Part shown: in pieces, positions 23,271 through 33,460 of the stretch
Numbering within the stretch: the stretch's first letter is position 1
Layout of the letters: each line of letters starts with the position of its first letter
DNA from: Gammaproteobacteria bacterium
GTDB lineage: Bacteria > Pseudomonadota > Gammaproteobacteria > Eutrophobiales > Eutrophobiaceae
Assembly (NCBI GenBank): GCA_963422205.2
Contig: CAXMWX010000001.1
Span: 1 to 64,000 of the forward strand
Reading direction: 5' to 3'
DNA: 64,000 nt
Translations under genes and position numbers: made by a program
Notes under the pieces: model-generated
Database searches by the model: none
What the model was told of the DNA's origin: nothing
What the model saw: only the letters and a program-made list of their open reading frames with translations

Positions 23271-24149
23271 ATGAATAACGCATTCCCTGTACAGGGTGCT
23301 GGATTAGGTCTGCGGCGCGCTTTTATCGGCGCGTTCGCAGACCAAATTCCGGCAGTCATTGATTTTATGGAAGTGGCGCCTGAGAACTGGATCGATGTTG
23401 GCGGGCGATTCGGTCGTCAGTTCCATGCCATCGCAGAGCGTATGCCCATGGTATGCCATGGTCTGTCGCTTAACCTGGGCGGGCCGGCGCCGCTGGATGA
23501 GTCGTTTTTACACAAAGTGCGGCAGTTTCTTGATACGTTCTCCATCCGTTGTTACAGCGAGCATCTCACCTATTGCGCCGATGACGGGCATTTATACGAC
23601 TTGATGCCCATCCCCTTTACCGAAGAAGCCGTATCTTATGTCGCCGGGCGGATAAAACGGGCGCAGGATATTATTGGTCATCAAATGGCGATTGAGAATG
23701 CCTCGTATTATGCTGCCCCCGGCCAGGAGATGCAGGAAATCGAGTTCGTGAATGCCGTGCTTGATGCGGCAGATTGTCTGTTGTTACTGGACATCAACAA
23801 TATTTATGTCAATAGCATTAACCATGGTTATGATGCCGAGGACTACCTCAAGGCGCTGCCGGGAGAGCGCATTGCCTATGCCCACATCGCTGGCCATTAC
23901 AAGGAAGCGGAGGACTTGCGGGTTGATACCCACGGCACGGAAGTGATCGATCCGGTATGGCAGTTGCTGGCAACAGCCTACACCCATTTTGGTGTCTTTC
24001 CGACCTTGCTGGAGCGGGATTTTAATATCCCCCCCGTTGCTGATTTGATCAATGAAGTGAATATCATCCATGCCATCCAGGGCAGGCCAAAACAGGATAG
24101 AAAACTGGAGCAGGGCGCTGATAAACTCATCCAACAACAGCACGCCTGA
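23271..24149 (+). CDS. DUF692 multinuclear non-heme iron oxidative enzyme (MNIO, HvfB/BufB-like)
   Basis: GAGLGLRR, EVAPENW, HGLSL, SEHL, IEN, LLDINNIYV, HIAGH, DTH, LERD. Confidence 0.93.
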   Translation: MNNAFPVQGAGLGLRRAFIGAFADQIPAVIDFMEVAPENWIDVGGRFGRQFHAIAERMPMVCHGLSLNLGGPAPLDESFLHKVRQFLDTFSIRCYSEHLTYCADDGHLYDLMPIPFTEEAVSYVAGRIKRAQDIIGHQMAIENASYYAAPGQEMQEIEFVNAVLDAADCLLLLDINNIYVNSINHGYDAEDYLKALPGERIAYAHIAGHYKEAEDLRVDTHGTEVIDPVWQLLATAYTHFGVFPTLLERDFNIPPVADLINEVNIIHAIQGRPKQDRKLEQGADKLIQQQHA

Positions 24150-24900
24150 TTCTTTTCAGGCCATCCAGTATCAGTTCACCGCGCATCTGCGCGATCCCGA
24201 TAACGTGCCTGCCCCGGCCGATGTGGAGGACAGGCGCATGGCGATTTATCGTGATCTGTTATATCGCAACGTAGAGAGTTTTCTCTCCAATGCCTTCCCG
24301 GTGCTACGCAAGCTCTATGATGATGTGCGTTGGGATGCCATGATCCGGGATTATTTCAAGCATCACCAGGCCCATACGCCTTTATTTCCCAAAATGCCCC
24401 AGGAATTTTTGCAGTATCTACAGCAAGAGCGGGAGGCGCCCGCCGATCCTCCCTTTATCTGGGAGCTGGCGCACTATGAATGGGTTGAGGCGGCCTTATA
24501 CTTGGACAGCCGGGAGGTGCAGACAAGCGGTATAGATGCACAAGGCGACTTGCTTGCTGGTGTGCCGGTGTTGAATCGGCTGATCTGGTTATTGCGATAC
24601 CGCTATCCGGTGCATCAGATCAGCCCGGATTACATGCCATGCGAGCAGCCTGAGGAAGACACCTATCTGGTTGTTTATCGCAACCGGCAGGATGAGGTGG
24701 GTTTTCTGGAATTGAATACGATCACAGCCCGCTTGCTGGATGGCCTGGCTGATACGGATGACACCGGCCGGGCGATCCTTGCACAGATTGCCGAGGAGAT
24801 ACACCACCCCGACCCGGAGGTGGTGATCGCTGGCGGGCGACAAACCCTGCACGATTTGCACCGTCGGCAGATCGTGCTTGGCACTCGGGCGGAAGCATAG
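24070..24900 (+). CDS. DUF2063 MNIO partner protein (HvfC/BufC-like); true start may be ~50 bp downstream
   Basis: QFTAHLRDP...RRMAIYRDL...FPVL...ELAHYEW; overlaps DUF692 end. Confidence 0.87.
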   Translation: MPSRAGQNRIENWSRALINSSNNSTPDSFQAIQYQFTAHLRDPDNVPAPADVEDRRMAIYRDLLYRNVESFLSNAFPVLRKLYDDVRWDAMIRDYFKHHQAHTPLFPKMPQEFLQYLQQEREAPADPPFIWELAHYEWVEAALYLDSREVQTSGIDAQGDLLAGVPVLNRLIWLLRYRYPVHQISPDYMPCEQPEEDTYLVVYRNRQDEVGFLELNTITARLLDGLADTDDTGRAILAQIAEEIHHPDPEVVIAGGRQTLHDLHRRQIVLGTRAEA

Positions 24901-24983
24901 CGTGTACTTGATATACCGCCATGTGACTTTAACATCCTGACGTTTATCATCTTGAACAATAACTAGCGAGGTGTTGGCCTGTC

Positions 24984-26489
24984 ATGTCTGCTGCCCAGAA
25001 TTTTCTGCTGAACTTTGTCGAAATCATGGCGATCGTGTTTATCTGGGTGATGGGTTTGCTCATCCTTGCAGTCGCTGTGTTGTATGTCGTTGATGTCACC
25101 CAGACCACGCACACAGTGCGGCGAAACTACCCGGTCATCGGGCGCTTCCGTTATTTATTTGAGCATCTGGGCGAGTTTTTCCGCCAGTATTTCTTCGCCA
25201 TGGACCGGGAGGAGTTGCCTTTTAACCGGGCACAGCGCTCCTGGTGTTATCGTGCTGCCAAGAATATAGACAACACAGTCGCCTTCGGATCAACCCGTGA
25301 GTTGCGCCAGCCGGGCACGGTCTTGTTTGTCAACTGCCCGTTTCCGGAGTTGGATAAAGATGCGGTGGAACCGGCCGAGTTGACTATCGGGCCGTACACG
25401 GACAACCCGTATACCACCGCATCCATCATCAATATCTCTGGCATGAGCTTCGGTGCTTTGTCAGGCCCCGCCGTATTGTCACTCTCCCGTGGTGCCAGGA
25501 TGGCAGGCTGCTGGATGAACACCGGGGAAGGGGGCCTATCGTCCTATCATCTGACCGGTGGTGCGGATATCGTCTTTCAAATCGGCACGGCAAAATACGG
25601 CGTGCGTGATGAGGAGGGCAGGCTGAGTGACGATAAGCTGCGTGAAGTGGCAGCGCATAAACAGGTAAAGATGCTTGAGATCAAACTCAGCCAGGGCGCA
25701 AAGCCGGGCAAGGGCGGCATCCTGCCAAGCGGTAAGGTGACAGAGGAGATAGCGGCGATTCGTGGCATCAGGCCGGGCGAGGATTCCCTCAGCCCCAATC
25801 GGCATGTGGAAATCAACAATATCGATGATTTGCTGACCATGATAAACCGGGTACGGGATGTGACCGCTAAACCCGTAGGTATTAAAACCGTGATCGGTGC
25901 GTATGGCTGGTTGGAAAATTTGTTTCAAGAGATTAATGCGCGCGGGGTTGCCTGCGCCCCGGATTTTATTACGGTAGACAGTGCAGATGGCGGTACGGGT
26001 GCAGCTCCCATGCCACTGATGGACGATATGGGATTACCGCTGCGAGAGAGCCTGCCCTTGTTGGTGGATAAGCTGGTCAAGTTTAATCTGCGTGAGCGCA
26101 TCAAGGTGATCGCCTCAGGCAAGCTAATTACCCCCACTGATGCCTCCTGGGCACTGTGCGCTGGCGCCGATTTTCTGGTCAGCGCCCGCGGTTTCATGTT
26201 TGCACTGGGTTGTATTCAGGCCCTGCAATGCAATAAAAATACCTGCCCGACAGGTATCACCACGCATAAAAAGAGCCTGCAGAAAGGTCTGGTGCCAGAG
26301 GATAAGGCGGTTCGCGTCATGCATTATGCCAGGAACATGAATAAAGAGATTGGTATCATTGCCCATTCATGCGGGGTAAAATCACCGCGGGAGTTAAAGC
26401 GATACCATTGCCGCATCGTCATGCCTGATGGCAGGTCGACCCCCTTAGATGCGTTGTATCCACCCGCCGGGGAGAGGGCTGCCGCATAG
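24984..26489 (+). CDS. FMN-binding glutamate synthase family protein with N-terminal membrane anchor
   Basis: MSFGALS, NTGEGG, EIKLSQGAKPGKGG, GGTGAAP, CIQALQCNKNTC [3Fe-4S] motif. Confidence 0.9.
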   Translation: MSAAQNFLLNFVEIMAIVFIWVMGLLILAVAVLYVVDVTQTTHTVRRNYPVIGRFRYLFEHLGEFFRQYFFAMDREELPFNRAQRSWCYRAAKNIDNTVAFGSTRELRQPGTVLFVNCPFPELDKDAVEPAELTIGPYTDNPYTTASIINISGMSFGALSGPAVLSLSRGARMAGCWMNTGEGGLSSYHLTGGADIVFQIGTAKYGVRDEEGRLSDDKLREVAAHKQVKMLEIKLSQGAKPGKGGILPSGKVTEEIAAIRGIRPGEDSLSPNRHVEINNIDDLLTMINRVRDVTAKPVGIKTVIGAYGWLENLFQEINARGVACAPDFITVDSADGGTGAAPMPLMDDMGLPLRESLPLLVDKLVKFNLRERIKVIASGKLITPTDASWALCAGADFLVSARGFMFALGCIQALQCNKNTCPTGITTHKKSLQKGLVPEDKAVRVMHYARNMNKEIGIIAHSCGVKSPRELKRYHCRIVMPDGRSTPLDALYPPAGERAAA

Positions 26490-26568
26490 CCGATGATCAT
26501 AAATCATCATAAATTCGTCGCCAGGCTGATATTGTTAGAGAATAGTCACTACAAGAGAGGGTCAAGTC

Positions 26569-27183
26569 ATGCAATTCATCGTTAATATCGCCAATATTAT
26601 CCAGAGTATTCTGGACACTATCAGGGGGGGGTTGGAGTTTATTGGTGGTGCGTTGCTCAGGCTTTACCTGGTGCCGATATTTTGGGTGGCCGGCAATAAC
26701 AAGTGGAATCCCTTTGATCCGGACAGCTCGCTGGATTCGGTGATTGAGTGGTTTGACCAGGGCCTGGGGCTGCCGTATCCCGAGGTCAACGCCTATCTGG
26801 CCTGGGGGGCTGAGTATGTCGGTGCGATATTGCTGGCTGTCGGCCTGGCGACACGCTGGATATGCCTGCCGATGATGGTCACGATGGTCGTTGCTATGGT
26901 CACGGTGCATCTTAAAAACGGATGGCAGGCCATTGTCGATCCTTTAAGTCCGTTTGCACCAGCGACAGCGGGCGAGGCGATAGAGAGGCTGGATGCGGCC
27001 AGGTCGCTCCTGAAGCAGTATGAGGATTATGACTGGTTGACCGAGTATGGCAGTTTTGTCGTATTAAATAATGGTATCGAATGGCCGGCAACGTATTTTC
27101 TGCTGTTACTGGCCTTGTTTTTTATCGGCGGTGGCCGCTATATCAGCCTGGATTACTGGATAAAACGCCGGTTCGGCTATTGA
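26569..27183 (+). CDS. DoxX-family membrane protein (type commonly found with MNIO/EGKCG clusters)
   Basis: LRLYLVPIFW, GLATR, TVH, VLNNGIE, GGGRYISLD. Confidence 0.85.
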   Translation: MQFIVNIANIIQSILDTIRGGLEFIGGALLRLYLVPIFWVAGNNKWNPFDPDSSLDSVIEWFDQGLGLPYPEVNAYLAWGAEYVGAILLAVGLATRWICLPMMVTMVVAMVTVHLKNGWQAIVDPLSPFAPATAGEAIERLDAARSLLKQYEDYDWLTEYGSFVVLNNGIEWPATYFLLLLALFFIGGGRYISLDYWIKRRFGY

Positions 27184-27250
27184 TAAATCGCCTGCGGTCG
27201 GTTTGACCACGAGTAGAGCCTGCTTCTGCCTGCCGTGTTGATGGCCTTGC

Positions 27251-28465
27251 ATGTTCAGCACTGAAAGCGCACTCTTTTTCCTGGGGTTGCTGGTGTTGGC
27301 TGTGCTGCTGCAACCGCTGGCACTGAGGTGCAGGCTGCCTTTTGCGGTTGTCTTGGTCATGCTGGGTTTTGCCGGGTCTGAGTTGATTACCAGGGACTAT
27401 GGCATTGATACGGGCGTGCGCTGGGACAATGTCAAGCCGCTGGTGTTTAATATTTTCATTCCCATCATCATCTTCGCAGCGGCGATACACATTGATCCGA
27501 AGGCCTGGTGGCGTCATGGTCTCTGGATAGCGCTGCTGGCCTTGCCGTTCACTGTGCTCGGTGTATTGCTGATCGCAGCCGTCCTGTACTTCGGCATCGG
27601 CCACCAGGCGAGCTTCCCGTGGGAGGCCGCCCTGTTATGTGCTGTGCTGATCTCAGCCACCGATCCATCCATCCTGCCGACGGCCTTCAAGCAAGCCGCC
27701 AGCACCAGGCGGGCGAATATTCTCTTGGACGGTGAGAGCCTGTTCAACGATGCCCTGGCCGTGGTCATGTTCAGCGTATTGCTGGCTTTGCTTTCACACC
27801 AGCTGGTCGAGATAGATTATGTGATTAGTCTCGATACGTTTCTGCTGGTCTTCCTTGGCGGCATCCTCAGTGGCCTTGCCGCTGGCGGCGTGTTGCTGTT
27901 GCTGCTTCGGATCGTCACGGATGTTTACCTGCAGACGCTGCTTACCCTGCTGATCTGTTATGGGGTGTACATCATCGCCGGCCAGAAGCTAGGCGTCTCT
28001 GGCGTCATGGCGGTGTTGACGGCGGGTTTGATGCTGGGTCATTTTGCCAGCGATACAATAAATAAAGCGACGTTCATCAGCCGCTTCTGGGAGTTTGCCG
28101 AGCGCATCACCTACATTATCGTGTTCCTCCTGGCTGGCATCACCATCACCGTGAGCATGTTTACCGAGCGCTGGCTGGCCATGGTGATCGGTGTTGTCGC
28201 TGTGTTGGGTGCAAGGGCGGCTCTGTTGTTATTGTTGCCGCTATTAACGACCGTGTGGGGGCGGGATGAGCGGTTTTCCCTGTTCGAATGCGCCCTGTTG
28301 ACCTGGGGCGGTGTACGCGGGACGGTCACCCTGGCCCTGGCATTATCGCTACCCATACACATCCCCGCCTGGTATACCATGCAGTCCATCGCCTATGGCG
28401 TTGTGTTGTTTAACCTGTTTGTGCAGGTGACCACCATGCCGCTGCTTATAAAACACCGCCACTGA
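27251..28465 (+). CDS. Cation:proton antiporter (CPA1/NhaP-like)
   Basis: SATDP, GESLFNDA, WGGVRG; many hydrophobic helices. Confidence 0.9.
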   Translation: MFSTESALFFLGLLVLAVLLQPLALRCRLPFAVVLVMLGFAGSELITRDYGIDTGVRWDNVKPLVFNIFIPIIIFAAAIHIDPKAWWRHGLWIALLALPFTVLGVLLIAAVLYFGIGHQASFPWEAALLCAVLISATDPSILPTAFKQAASTRRANILLDGESLFNDALAVVMFSVLLALLSHQLVEIDYVISLDTFLLVFLGGILSGLAAGGVLLLLLRIVTDVYLQTLLTLLICYGVYIIAGQKLGVSGVMAVLTAGLMLGHFASDTINKATFISRFWEFAERITYIIVFLLAGITITVSMFTERWLAMVIGVVAVLGARAALLLLLPLLTTVWGRDERFSLFECALLTWGGVRGTVTLALALSLPIHIPAWYTMQSIAYGVVLFNLFVQVTTMPLLIKHRH

Positions 28466-28562
28466 TAGACGAATTGGCTGGTGTCCACAAAGAACCGAGG
28501 GCATTGCCGTGCAATTTTCCTGTAACCTGATAAAGCAACAATAACCAGCGATTACACAAGAG

Positions 28563-29468
28563 ATGCATTTCAAATATAAGTGTTGGCTACAAACGGCCTT
28601 CTCTCACATACCCAAGGGACACATCTTGAACTATATGTCTCAAAGGTATGTCACTAAAACCTTGCCTCTAAGTGAAGCAGATTTTTCGAAGCAGATTGAA
28701 TCAGCAAGAACACATTATGAAAATTTCAATGCACACCATCAAAATAGCGGGGGTGGGAAGTACAGGTATTATGAATTTGGCGCTGGGGCAGTGCCCGTTA
28801 TTCCATTGGTCATGAGCCAGCTTGGCTTTGATGTGACCTGTATCGACATAAGAAAACTAATCGTATTTTCCATGCTTCGTGACATCATCACCAGACTTGA
28901 GAGAAGCCGGCATGAACTGCCATTTGCTATTAAAAACAAGCTGCCCGGAATAAGACGCTATCAACTCGCCGATGATTTGGCAACACGGTATAATTTCCAC
29001 TATCTGGCACCGAAAGATGCCAGAAACACAGAGTTCAAAGACAGCACGTTTGATTTTATCACATCAACTTCTGTATTAGAGCATATTCCCAAAAATGATA
29101 TTTATCTTATCCTGAAGGAGTGCTACAGGATTCTAAAGCGTGGTGGCGTTGCCTCCATGATCATTGATTATAAAGATCACTGGGCCTATTTTGACAGGCA
29201 AATATCCGTTTACAATTTTCTAACATACTCTGCTGTGCAATGGAATAGGTTTAATCCCGATCTGCATTACCAGAACCGGCTGAGGCATTCAGATTATATG
29301 AAAATAATCGCTGACGTGGGCTTTAAGGTGATTAAGGAGAAGGTAGATCGCCCCACTCAAAAGGAAATGGCGGCGTTAAAACGTCTGCACCTGGCGGCAG
29401 AGTTTGCCAGCTATGAGATAAATGACCTGGGGGTTAAAGGTGCTGACATCGTGCTCTTAAAAGCATGA
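28563..29468 (+). CDS. Class I SAM-dependent methyltransferase, AT-rich
   Basis: YEFGAG motif I, FDFITSTSVLEHIP, YRILKRGG. Confidence 0.8.
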   Translation: MHFKYKCWLQTAFSHIPKGHILNYMSQRYVTKTLPLSEADFSKQIESARTHYENFNAHHQNSGGGKYRYYEFGAGAVPVIPLVMSQLGFDVTCIDIRKLIVFSMLRDIITRLERSRHELPFAIKNKLPGIRRYQLADDLATRYNFHYLAPKDARNTEFKDSTFDFITSTSVLEHIPKNDIYLILKECYRILKRGGVASMIIDYKDHWAYFDRQISVYNFLTYSAVQWNRFNPDLHYQNRLRHSDYMKIIADVGFKVIKEKVDRPTQKEMAALKRLHLAAEFASYEINDLGVKGADIVLLKA

Positions 29469-29547
29469 GTATGTCTCTTGAAAGCAAGGCAAACCCTGCT
29501 GCCCTGAGATTGATGTTCCAGGCTGTTATCAACGTGTTACCAAGGCA

Positions 29548-30758
29548 TTACCAGCGCCTGCCAAGCCGCAGACGCAAGGCATTGAGTTTGATGAAGCCGG
29601 TCGCATCCTGTTGATCATAGCTGCCCGCATCGTCTTCAAACGTGGCCATGTTCTCATCAAACAGGCTATTGGTCTTGGACTGGCGGCCAAGCGTTATCAC
29701 ATTGCCCTTGTAGAGTTTCAGGCGCACCGTGCCGTTGACCTGCGTTTGTGTCTCGTCAATCAGTTTTTGTAAGGCGAGCCGTTCCGGGCTCCACCAGTAG
29801 CCGTTGTAGATCAATCTGGCATAGCGCGGCATCAGATCATCTTTGAGATGCACCAGCTCCCGGTCCAGGGTGATGGATTCGATCGCCCGATGGGCCTTGA
29901 GCAAAATGCTGCCGCCAGGGGTTTCATAACAACCGCGTGATTTCATGCCGACATAGCGGTTCTCGACGATATCCGCCCGCCCGATGCCGTGACGGCTACC
30001 CAGCTCATTCAGCCTTTTAAGCAGCCTGCCGGGGAGAGCGGCTCATGATTAATGGCCGTGGCATCACCCCGGACGAAGTCTATTTCAATAATTTCGGCCT
30101 CATCCGGTGCTCGCTCTGGCGAGACGCTCCAGCGCCAGATGGCCTCATCCGGCGCCTGCCAGGGGTCTTCCAGCTCGCCGCCCTCATAGGAGATATGCAG
30201 CAGGTTGGCATCCATGGAGTAAGGCGAGCCCTGCTTGCGTTTGGCCTCTATCGGTATCCCGTGTTGTTCGGCATAGGCCAGCAGCTTCTCCCGTGATGTC
30301 AGCGCCCATTCACGCCACGGGGCGATGATCTTGATCTCCGGGTTAAGCGCATACGCGCCCAACTCAAACCGCACCTGATCATTGCCCTTGCCGGTGGCGC
30401 CATGTGCAATGGCATCTGCGCCGGTGGCGGCGGCAATCTCCACCAGGCGCTTGGCAATCAGGGGTCTGGCTATCGCCGTGCCGAGCAGATATTCGCCTTC
30501 ATAAAGGGCATTTGCCCGAAACATAGAAAAGACAAAATCAGCGACATACTCCTCGATCAGATTCTCAACATAGATTTCTTTAACGCCGGCTGCCCGTGCC
30601 CTCTCCCGTGCCGGTTCTACCTCTTCACCCTGACCGATGTCGGCGGTGAAGGTGACGACCTCACAGCGATAGACATCCTGCAACCACGTCAGAATGACCG
30701 AGGTATCCAGGCCGCCGGAATAGGCGAGCACGATCTTGGTAATATTTTTCTGGCGCAT
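29548..30758 (-). CDS. argG: Argininosuccinate synthase (one base missing near 30027)
   Basis: [24 protein letters not shown]; after the shift [24 protein letters not shown]. Confidence 0.93.
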
Positions 30759-30866
30759 GGCAACATCTCAGCAGGTGTTAAGAGGAGTCAGTGTAACGAT
30801 TAGCAGGCTGTCAGTACAGCGACCCATGAACGGCCTTTGCCGCATTCCTCGGCCTGGCATCGTTGG

Positions 30867-31679
30867 TTACGGCAGGCAGTATTCATCCTGGCTCGCGGCC
30901 TGACTGGCGAGAAAATGCTGGATTTCTTCCAGCACAGTTTCAGGCTGCTCTGCATGTAACCAGTGGCCGGCATGGGCTATCTGTTTGACGTTTGCGCCAG
31001 GGAAGTAATGCCTGATCTGTGCCAGGTGTGTTGTGTTGATGTACTCTGAATCGGCGCCGGCCAGAAATAGGCAGGCGGCTTCATAATGGCTGGTCGCCTG
31101 TTTGTCCGGGAAATCACAGATGGCCTTAATTTCCTGACGGATGAGTGGCAAATTAACCCGCCAGAAATAGCCATCCTGTCTGCGCGCCAGGTTGTGCAAC
31201 AGAAACGCCCGCAAGCCGGCCTCGGGTATGCTGGCGGACAGCGCCTCATTGGCTTCGCCTCGTGAGCGAATGCGCTCAAGGTCAAGGTTGAGCATGGCGG
31301 TAATCAGCTGATCAAACGTTGAATGATATGTGACCGGTGCGATATCGAGTACGGTCAGACTTTTTATTCGTTCAGGGTAACGCAGGGCCAGGGTCATGGC
31401 CGTTTTACCGCCCATGCTGTGGCCGATGATATGCACGGTAGCCAGCCCAAGCTCGGCCAGCAGGGCTATGATGTCCCCGGCCATGTCTGGATACGCCATG
31501 GTGCTGGCATGGGCGCTTTTGCCGTGGTTGCGGGCATCAGGAAGGATCACCTGCCAGTCCCTGGCAAGGGTCTTTGCAAGCGTGAACCAGTTACGCCCGG
31601 AGCCAAACAGACCGTGCAGGATCACTACCGGTTCGCCCTTGCCCAGCACCTCATAATGCAGTGGTGCCGGTGCTGTCAT
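30867..31679 (-). CDS. Alpha/beta-hydrolase esterase, YbfF-like
   Basis: [28 protein letters not shown]. Confidence 0.88.
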   Translation of the reverse strand: MTAPAPLHYEVLGKGEPVVILHGLFGSGRNWFTLAKTLARDWQVILPDARNHGKSAHASTMAYPDMAGDIIALLAELGLATVHIIGHSMGGKTAMTLALRYPERIKSLTVLDIAPVTYHSTFDQLITAMLNLDLERIRSRGEANEALSASIPEAGLRAFLLHNLARRQDGYFWRVNLPLIRQEIKAICDFPDKQATSHYEAACLFLAGADSEYINTTHLAQIRHYFPGANVKQIAHAGHWLHAEQPETVLEEIQHFLASQAASQDEYCLP

Positions 31680-32134
31680 GTCTGGATGATCCTGTCCTGG
31701 TTGAGATAGGCGATAGGCCAGATATCGAGCAGATACAAGTCCTGATCGATGCCGTCCATCACCGGATAATGCGTGTAATTTTCCTTGCTGACCCAGGCAT
31801 ACTCGCTATGCTCGTGGTTTAATGTGATCGCCCCATCATCGCTATAGCGCAGATGAAACAAATAGATCGCATAAATACCGCCGTAATGCTGATCGCGAAT
31901 CGGCCCGAGGCTGTTTTTCATGACCAGCGGCCCGCTGATGCCGGTCTCTTCGAACAATTCCCGCCGGGCGCACTGTGCCGGCGTTTCGCCTGACTCTATA
32001 TGCCCGGCAGGCAAGCCCCAGGTATTTGCCCCCAGGGCGGCATCCGCTCGGCGTTTGAGTAACAGGATTTCATGCTCATCGTTCTCCAGCAGATTGATGG
32101 CGAAGCGCGCCTGCAATACACCAGCATCCGCCAT
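31676..32134 (-). CDS. NUDIX hydrolase
   Basis: Nudix box [22 protein letters not shown]. Confidence 0.88.
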   Translation of the reverse strand: MADAGVLQARFAINLLENDEHEILLLKRRADAALGANTWGLPAGHIESGETPAQCARRELFEETGISGPLVMKNSLGPIRDQHYGGIYAIYLFHLRYSDDGAITLNHEHSEYAWVSKENYTHYPVMDGIDQDLYLLDIWPIAYLNQDRIIQT

Positions 32135-32137
32135 CGT

Positions 32138-33457
32138 CTACAGCAGGAGTTGCCGTATGTCGGTCAACACCGCACCGAGGTAACGGGCAAACTCGGCAGC
32201 GGCCACACCATCTATCACCCGGTGATCGTAGGATATGGAATAAGGCAGGATCAGTCTGGGTGCCAACGTGCCATCGATATACACCGGCTGGATGGCCGCA
32301 CGGCACACGCCCATGATGGCGACTTCCGGCGTATTGACGATAGGCGTGAAGCCGGTGCCGCCGATATGCCCTAAGCTGGATATGGTGAAACACCCGCCCT
32401 GCATCTGGGGGGGGCTGAGTTTTTTATCACGTGCCTGTTGCGCCAGGGCGGCCAATTCGGCGGCGAGATCAAACAGCCCTTTTTGATCAGCATCTTTGAT
32501 GACCGGTACCATCAGGCCGTGGTCGGTGTTCACGGCGAAACCGATGTGATAGTAGTTTTTCAGGATCAACTGCTCGCCATCGGGGCTTAACGAGGCGTTA
32601 AACGTCGGGTATTTTTTCAGCGCTGCCACCGCGGCCTTGATAAGAAAACCGAGCAAGGTGAGTTTGCTGCCCAATCGCTCCGCTTCGGTTTTTCTTGCCT
32701 GGCGAAATTCCTCCAGTTCGGTGATGTCGGCCTCATCAAAATGGGTGACATGCGGGACGGTGAGCCAGCTGCGATACAGGTTCTCTCCGGCCAGCCGTTG
32801 CAGGCGGCTGAGTTTTTTGTGCGCTATGGGGCCGAATTTGGAAAAATCCACGGGGGGCATTTCCGGCAAGGCGAAGCCGCCCTGGGCCTTGCTGGACATT
32901 CGGTCATCATCCATCACCGCCTTGGTGAAGGCCATCACATCCGCCTTGGTGATGCGACCACCTCTGCCGGAGCCGTTCACCCGGGCCAGGGTGACGCCCA
33001 GCTCACGGGCGAACTTGCGTACCGCCGGGCTGGCGTGGGGCTGGGCACTTTTGCCGCCGTCCACCGCCGCCTCGCCCGTCGGTTCTGGTGCTGCTGGGCC
33101 GGCTGGCGGTCTGGGGTCGGGTTCGTCCTGTTGTATGTCTGCTGTCCTGTCCGTGGCGGCGGTTTTTTCCGCTGACGGCGGCCTGGCGGGCGCCGTGGAC
33201 TCGCCCCCGGCCGCTGTGGTCATCTCCAGCGTCAGGATCACCATGCCCTGGCTCACCTGATCGCCCGGCTTGACCTTTACCGCTTTGACAACGCCCGCAT
33301 CGGGTGATGGGATATCCATCGTGGCCTTGTCGCTTTCCAGGGTGATCAGCGTGTCTTCAACGGCCACGGTATCGCCGCTGCCAACGGCGATGTCAATGAT
33401 CTCGACCGCATCGAAATCGCCGATATCCGGCACCAGGATGTCTTTGACCTCGGCCAT
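32138..33457 (-). CDS. aceF: Pyruvate dehydrogenase E2 (single lipoyl domain)
   Basis: ESDKAT lipoyl site, HASPAVRK, DHRVIDG. Confidence 0.95.
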   Translation of the reverse strand: MAEVKDILVPDIGDFDAVEIIDIAVGSGDTVAVEDTLITLESDKATMDIPSPDAGVVKAVKVKPGDQVSQGMVILTLEMTTAAGGESTAPARPPSAEKTAATDRTADIQQDEPDPRPPAGPAAPEPTGEAAVDGGKSAQPHASPAVRKFARELGVTLARVNGSGRGGRITKADVMAFTKAVMDDDRMSSKAQGGFALPEMPPVDFSKFGPIAHKKLSRLQRLAGENLYRSWLTVPHVTHFDEADITELEEFRQARKTEAERLGSKLTLLGFLIKAAVAALKKYPTFNASLSPDGEQLILKNYYHIGFAVNTDHGLMVPVIKDADQKGLFDLAAELAALAQQARDKKLSPPQMQGGCFTISSLGHIGGTGFTPIVNTPEVAIMGVCRAAIQPVYIDGTLAPRLILPYSISYDHRVIDGVAAAEFARYLGAVLTDIRQLLL

Positions 33458-33460
33458 GGC

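Noticed and set aside
28521-28550. TGTAACC as a SigF-type ECF -35 element before the methyltransferase
   Set aside because: No matching CGAA-type -10 at the expected spacing.
29548-30758. argG as a pseudogene (arginine auxotrophy)
   Set aside because: One missing base and no other decay; needs read confirmation.
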